Part shown: piece after piece, positions 59,303 to 64,000 of the stretch | Layout: each line of letters opens with the position of its first letter | Numbering within the stretch: position 1 is the first letter of the stretch | NCBI GenBank assembly: GCA_965226185.1 | Contig: CBDDCT010000007.1 | Span: 173,625 to 237,624 of the forward strand | From: Bryobacterales bacterium | GTDB lineage: Bacteria; Acidobacteriota; Terriglobia; Bryobacterales; UBA6623 | DNA: 64,000 nt | Reading direction: 5' to 3' | Program-made: the position numbers and the translations under genes | Notes under the pieces: generated by a model | What the model was told of the DNA's origin: nothing | The model's input: only the letters and a program-made list of their open reading frames with translations | Databases searched by the model: none

Positions 59303-61837
59303 CTAGTCGGCGGGCGTGACTAACAGCGGATGCCCCAGCGTATCGCCGCTGGCCTGGAAGCCGTTGTGGTCGACGTCGACAAAGATTGGATTCGTGTAGG
59401 CCGTCGGGCGCATGCGGGCGGTCGGACTGCGGCCCCAACCCTTGCTGAGGTCGGAGTTCTCACCGACCGCCACGACGATCAAGTGCGCGTCCCGCTGAAG
59501 TTCGACTCGCACCGTTTCATCAAAGCGCACCACGCCCGCCGCGAACATCCGCGGATGGCTGTTCCGGCGAAAGTTGTATTCGGTGGGCTGGCGGCCGTTG
59601 ACGAGTATTTGCACCCGGTCAACCTCCATCCAGTTTGCAGCCTGAACGCGAATCTTCAGCTCGACAGATCCCTCGCTGATCATGCTGGAACCGATCGGAA
59701 GTCCGTCGCCGGTAGTGACTTCCAAAAACGGACCGTTGGTGATCATCATCCGCCCCGCCTTTGAATTGCGGATGATCTCGGCGGGATCAATCTCACCCGG
59801 TTTATCGGTGGTGCTGGGAACATAGGTCCGCCAGTCACCCACGCCGCCGCCGAAGATACGATGCGCGTCGCTCACCGAGACGCACCAAACCCGCCGCCCC
59901 TGATTGAGCATTTGCAGCCAGCCAAACGTTCGGTTCTGACTAACGCTGGTGCTGCCATCCGAACTCGTTCTTAAATACGTCGGGCTGAGATTGAGGATCT
60001 CCGTGCTCCACACTTCGGCGGCATCGATTAGGTTCTCGAAGCCTTCGAATCCGCCATCGGGAACGCCGTCCCTGTCGCGGTCAAAGAAAACAGTTCCTAC
60101 TGTCGGATGATTGGCCTGAACCCAGCGGTCGGGGCCGCCGCCAAAGAACGGGATCTTGTTCCTTATGTTGGCGTTGGTATCGTAGCGCGAGCCTTGATCG
60201 AGACTCGGCGTGCCCCAGTGGCGCAGTACCAGGGCGTTGATGCGCGGGTCGTAGTTCCAAACGGGAGCGCCGCCGTTTTGGGCCAATGGATCCGCTCTGA
60301 GCGGAAAGGAATTGAAGTGCTGTCCGCTGCCCGTCAATTCCATTCCAACGACGGTCCGGATGACGCTGGTCAATCCCAGGCGGTCGATGTGCGGCTGCCA
60401 GTCGTAGATACGATTGTGTTCCGTGGTCGGCGCGAATTCGATCTGCTCGGCGGCTAGGTTGATCACGCGGTCGTCGGTGTTGCAGTAGTTGTCACCGCTT
60501 GGTGTTGAGTGCGAGTGGTAATCCGTGCTGATCCAGCCGCTGGTGTCGACACTGCGCTCGAGCCGCGCCTTTACATCGACGGTTTCTCCCTTTCCAACGT
60601 CGACCTGCCGCTCGGTCAAATCGTATTCGGGCCCGTGAGTGACGCGAAGCAGGTACTTGCCGGGAGGGACTTGCTGGAACACGTGTCCATCGTGGGTCTG
60701 ATACTGGTGATCATTTCCGTGAACCCGGTAGTGGGTTCCGAAGTTGGGAGTCTGGGTCCCCTCAATGCCAATGAATTGCACCTTGGCGGGCGAGAGCTGA
60801 CCCTGCTCGTCACGGATTTCAATCCGCACGGCGGATGCCTTGGTGGCACTGAGGTCAAGCGTTGCCGCCCTGCCGCGTGATACCGAAAAACTTTGTTTCA
60901 GGGGCTCTCGGCCCATATCCTCCATCGCCAGCTCATAATCTCCCGCGGGAAGGCGCCATTTGAAGGCGCCCTCGGCGTCCGGATAGCCCGGCAGTGGCTC
61001 TCCCTTCACTGGGACCAGTAAACTGGCGCGAACGGCCGCTTCCCCATCGGGGTCCTTCACGCTTCCCGATACTTCACCGGCGGCCCCCGCGAGGCTTGCC
61101 ACCACCCCGTATGCGCCTAGAGGCGAATCGGCTGCTGCTACCGCTATGCGGTAAGTCTTCTGCTGGCCGGGCGCGAGTTCAACGTTCTCTTCGAGAGGAT
61201 CACTTCCCGCGGCCACTCCCCAGGCATAACCGCGCTTGTCAAATGGATCAATGCTGTCTCCGACGCGGATACCCGACACATTCCATTCCGTTGACAATCC
61301 TTTCCAAGCAGCCGGCGGAGTGATCGTCTTGGTCTCGCGGCCCTCGTTGCGGTAAGTAGAGGTCACCAGAACATACTGCCAGTCGTTCTCAAGCCGGTAT
61401 TCGTGGCGCGTATAGAGGCCTTCTCCCTTCGCGGCCGTCCGCACCGCCTCGATCACAGCCGTGCCGTTCGAGCCGTCCTCGACAATCTGAACGTAGGAAA
61501 TCTCGCCGCCTTCCGCTCCTGGACGCAAGACAGTCAACTGGTCGTTCGAGGCCCCTCGCAAATCAAGATCGTAAAGGCAACCCTGCAGCACGTAGGCGTA
61601 CTCGGTCGTCATGTTGGCGCGGCGCAGGGGCTGGCTGCCGGAGATGAGCGCCTCGATCTTATTGTTGCGAAGGACAAAATCGCCAACGATGCCGTCTGCT
61701 TCTTTCCCTTTCGGAAGCAGGCGGGTGTTGTGGCGTCCGATCTCGACGGCTTCGACGGGATCGCGCTGGGCGACCAGGGCCCAGACAAACAATGCAACGA
61801 AAACGAATAGAAGCGGGATCCTTTGGGTAACGCTCAC
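59303..61837 (-). CDS. secreted PHP-domain metallohydrolase (CehA/McbA-like) with N-terminal carboxypeptidase-regulatory-like beta-sandwich region
   Basis: Signal peptide. PHP motifs DYHSHSTPSGD and ...TTEHN. 844 aa. Confidence 0.45.
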   Translation of the reverse strand: MSVTQRIPLLFVFVALFVWALVAQRDPVEAVEIGRHNTRLLPKGKEADGIVGDFVLRNNKIEALISGSQPLRRANMTTEYAYVLQGCLYDLDLRGASNDQLTVLRPGAEGGEISYVQIVEDGSNGTAVIEAVRTAAKGEGLYTRHEYRLENDWQYVLVTSTYRNEGRETKTITPPAAWKGLSTEWNVSGIRVGDSIDPFDKRGYAWGVAAGSDPLEENVELAPGQQKTYRIAVAAADSPLGAYGVVASLAGAAGEVSGSVKDPDGEAAVRASLLVPVKGEPLPGYPDAEGAFKWRLPAGDYELAMEDMGREPLKQSFSVSRGRAATLDLSATKASAVRIEIRDEQGQLSPAKVQFIGIEGTQTPNFGTHYRVHGNDHQYQTHDGHVFQQVPPGKYLLRVTHGPEYDLTERQVDVGKGETVDVKARLERSVDTSGWISTDYHSHSTPSGDNYCNTDDRVINLAAEQIEFAPTTEHNRIYDWQPHIDRLGLTSVIRTVVGMELTGSGQHFNSFPLRADPLAQNGGAPVWNYDPRINALVLRHWGTPSLDQGSRYDTNANIRNKIPFFGGGPDRWVQANHPTVGTVFFDRDRDGVPDGGFEGFENLIDAAEVWSTEILNLSPTYLRTSSDGSTSVSQNRTFGWLQMLNQGRRVWCVSVSDAHRIFGGGVGDWRTYVPSTTDKPGEIDPAEIIRNSKAGRMMITNGPFLEVTTGDGLPIGSSMISEGSVELKIRVQAANWMEVDRVQILVNGRQPTEYNFRRNSHPRMFAAGVVRFDETVRVELQRDAHLIVVAVGENSDLSKGWGRSPTARMRPTAYTNPIFVDVDHNGFQASGDTLGHPLLVTPAD

Positions 61838-61926
61838 GGGTCTCTCCTTACGATCGGCGGCGGCCGACCTTCAAATGCTCCCCACAGTCTAGCCGGATCT
61901 TCGGGAGCCGGGGAGGATAATCACCG

Positions 61927-62640
61927 TTACTGCTTGCCGACTTCGTAGACGAAGATCGTATGCTGGCGCGTGTCCCCTTCGACCGTTTCGGTTTTGACCG
62001 GAGTCCAGCCCATGATTTGGAAGTCGTGGGAGACGACGCGCGCTCCCGGCTTGAGGTCCCGCTCCAGCTTGGGGCGCAATTGCCTATTGGAGGAAGACAG
62101 CAGGTACAGAGTTACGACCGAAGCCGTGCTGAGATCAACCTCCATGAGGTGGGCATGCATGACGCTGGCGCGGTCACTGATGTTGAGTTCTTTTATCCTG
62201 GCATTCGCCCGCTCGGCAAGATCCGAATCCAGTTCCACTCCGACCGCGTTTGCGCCATATTCCTGCGCGGCAGTGATGACGATGCGGCCGTCTCCGGAGC
62301 CAAGATCATAAACTATATCCCCGCTCTTGACTTCCCCCAGTTTCAACATGCGGTGAACCACCTTGATCGGCGTGGGCACGTAGGGGGCCATGCTTCGAGG
62401 ATCGTAGGTCTCCTTCTGGGCGCCGGCGGGCAGCGCGGCCGTGAGGATCAGGCCAGCCAGCCAGATCCCTCTCCAGGATGCCGCCATCGTTTGTTCGCAG
62501 CTCCGATGCAATCGATTCGTCCATTGTGTTTGACGTAAGCTTGAGAACATTGCTTGCTCCATGAAGAGTAGCCTTGCACAGAATATACTCCAATCTGATT
62601 GAAACCGCGGCAACCGGACGAAGCCGTGAGAACTCCGCAA
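61927..62640 (-). CDS. class I SAM-dependent methyltransferase (exported?)
   Basis: VYDLGSGDGRIVITAA...VGVELD motif I. Hydrophobic N-terminal segment. Confidence 0.75.
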   Translation of the reverse strand: MRSSHGFVRLPRFQSDWSIFCARLLFMEQAMFSSLRQTQWTNRLHRSCEQTMAASWRGIWLAGLILTAALPAGAQKETYDPRSMAPYVPTPIKVVHRMLKLGEVKSGDIVYDLGSGDGRIVITAAQEYGANAVGVELDSDLAERANARIKELNISDRASVMHAHLMEVDLSTASVVTLYLLSSSNRQLRPKLERDLKPGARVVSHDFQIMGWTPVKTETVEGDTRQHTIFVYEVGKQ

Positions 62641-62652
62641 CCGGCCGCCTGG

Positions 62653-62748
62653 ATTCCCAGCGCGTTTCTACCCTTGGGACGGTGCTGGAGCCCTCGCGGA
62701 AATCCCAGCGCGTTTCTACCCTTGGGACGGTGCTGGAGCCCTCGCGGA
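62653..62748. repeat. 48-bp tandem duplication (2 units) immediately upstream of the methyltransferase gene
   Basis: tcccagcgcgtttctacccttgggacggtgctggagccctcgcgga occurs twice, at 62655-62700 and 62703-62748. Confidence 0.85.
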
Positions 62749-63024
62749 TTCAGGCCGGTCATCCACGAGATCGATCGTGAGTATGAAATGGCACCGTCGT
62801 GCGGATTGTGGCTCTTTGCTCCATAATCTAACACTATCCTATGGCGTAACTGGGTACGTTTTCTCGCAAATTTCCCAAGAAGACCAATTCACTCAGAAAC
62901 CGGCGCCGGAAGAAGCACCAGGCGCGTTGGGCCGCCGTCACTTTGTTCTCGAGTTTGGATCTTTATACAACCGTTGATGTAACGCACTGCTTCCAGCCTT
63001 TTCCCGGGCAAGGTCCGACGGCAC

Positions 63025-63140
63025 GCAGCTCAGAGCCGCGGGTGTAAACCCGCGGTCCAAGGCCGCACCCGTTCGCGCACGCACCCGTTCGCGCAATTGA
63101 CCCCGCGCTCACGCGCGGGGCTCTGAGTGTCTGCTCACGC
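63025..63140. other. long imperfect palindrome plus 14-bp tandem duplication downstream of the deacetylase gene (terminator- or REP-like)
   Basis: ctcagagccgcgggtgtaaacccgcgg ... cgcgctcacgcgcggggctctgag, and cacccgttcgcgca x2. Confidence 0.35.
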
Positions 63141-63207
63141 TGCGTCGGTCCAGTTGGCGACTCACCGAAAGACCTCGGAGCATCGCTATTTGCAGTAAGC
63201 TCGGGCA

Positions 63208-64000
63208 TCACGCTTCCCGAAACGCGACCACCTCGATCCCTCTCTCGGCCACGGCCCGGTTGACCTCGGGAGAGATCAGTGCTTCGAGCTCTTTCTGGCG
63301 GGACGGCTTCAGTCTCGTCTCGGCAGCCAACAGTTCTTCGGTGCAATAGCCGGGATGGCACATGAACTCGGTCAAGCCCTCGGGCAGCGCGCGGATGAGC
63401 TTCACGAGCTCCGGAGCGTGGAAACGGCCCGTCACCTGGAAGCCGGCAAAGTGGTCGGTTGCGCGACAACCAAAGCTCGCCAGCTTGCGGCTGAAGTGCC
63501 CGCGGAGAGGGCGGATAGCTCCGCTGAGGAAGCGCGTCGTCCAGGCGGCTGAGCCGCGGGCCGCGGTCAGGGGCAGATCAAAAGGGCGCCGGACCCAAGG
63601 GATGTCATGGCTCCTGGCCACCCGCAAGACAGCCTCAAGGACCGGGGGCGCCAAGTGAGTGTGTTTGTGAGTATCCAGGTGGCTGAGCGACACTCCGGTG
63701 GCCTGAATCTTCTCGATCTGGGCGGCGAACTCTCGCTCGATCGCCTCCGCTCGCCAGCCCCAGGCCAGGCGGGCCACCAGACGCGGCGCCGACCCGGGCA
63801 AGTCTTGATCGGGCTGGGAGACCGCCCGGCCCGAGATCAGCATCAAATGGCAGCCCACATCCAAGCCGGGATTTTCGAGTGCCAGACGGACGGCATCGTC
63901 AAACGCCCGCCCGTTCGCCATCAGCGACGCCGATCGCAAAACACCCTTTTGGAAGGCCTCCACAATACCGGCGTTGACACCTTCGGTCAAACCGAAGTCG
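63208..64000 (-). CDS. YdjC/ChbG/HpnK-family carbohydrate deacetylase; the N-terminus runs off the window end
   Basis: ...LTEGVNAGIVEAFQKGVLRSASLMANG...LDTHKHTHL motifs of the YdjC-like family. The frame is open to position 64000. Confidence 0.7.
   Translation of the reverse strand, partial: DFGLTEGVNAGIVEAFQKGVLRSASLMANGRAFDDAVRLALENPGLDVGCHLMLISGRAVSQPDQDLPGSAPRLVARLAWGWRAEAIEREFAAQIEKIQATGVSLSHLDTHKHTHLAPPVLEAVLRVARSHDIPWVRRPFDLPLTAARGSAAWTTRFLSGAIRPLRGHFSRKLASFGCRATDHFAGFQVTGRFHAPELVKLIRALPEGLTEFMCHPGYCTEELLAAETRLKPSRQKELEALISPEVNRAVAERGIEVVAFREA

Noticed and set aside
62653-62748. Possible CRISPR repeat.
   Set aside because: Only two directly adjacent identical 46-48-bp units, with no spacers and no cas genes.

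Overview
This is a high-GC (~60-65%) bacterial chromosomal window. The gene content (PVC-type heme-binding CxxCH protein, DUF4159, TonB, FtsX/ABC transporter, flotillin/NfeD) suggests an Acidobacteria- or PVC-like organism; that is inference from the genes present. The window is very heavily colonised by insertion sequences. I count at least 13 IS-related loci from at least 7 families: IS630 (two copies plus one remnant), IS4, IS5, an IS91-like element with an upstream tyrosine recombinase, and three different IS1380-like types. One IS1380-like family (called IS-X here, terminal IR CCTGAATTATGCAC) is present as two identical 1,801-bp copies, two ~530-bp MITE-like internal-deletion derivatives and one solo end fragment. 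Housekeeping genes lie between the ISs: coaD, an aspartate-type aminotransferase, type I mannose-6-phosphate isomerase, tRNA-Sec, an FtsX/ABC transporter pair, TonB, a rhomboid protease, NfeD+flotillin, a Na+/H+ antiporter, a truncated haemoglobin, a PAS histidine kinase with two response regulators, and a Gfo/Idh/MocA oxidoreductase. The most interesting results are two large genes that reassemble perfectly when the insertions are removed in silico. (1) A ~1,230-aa Mrr-like nuclease + P-loop NTPase + long helical C-terminus protein (an Avs/STAND-like candidate defence gene) is split by an IS4-family element with a 9-bp TSD. (2) A ~930-aa protein with an N-terminal phosphoribosyltransferase-like domain is split by an IS-X copy and an IS-X MITE. 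A cytochrome-c-like gene is also interrupted by a second MITE, a flotillin gene is truncated at its 3' end, and a sensor kinase carries a frameshift. I also found a candidate group II intron domain V, a bona fide tRNA-Sec lying just upstream of an IS5-family insertion, and A8 programmed-frameshift sites in both IS630 copies. Coordinates of non-CDS features are accurate to within a few bases.
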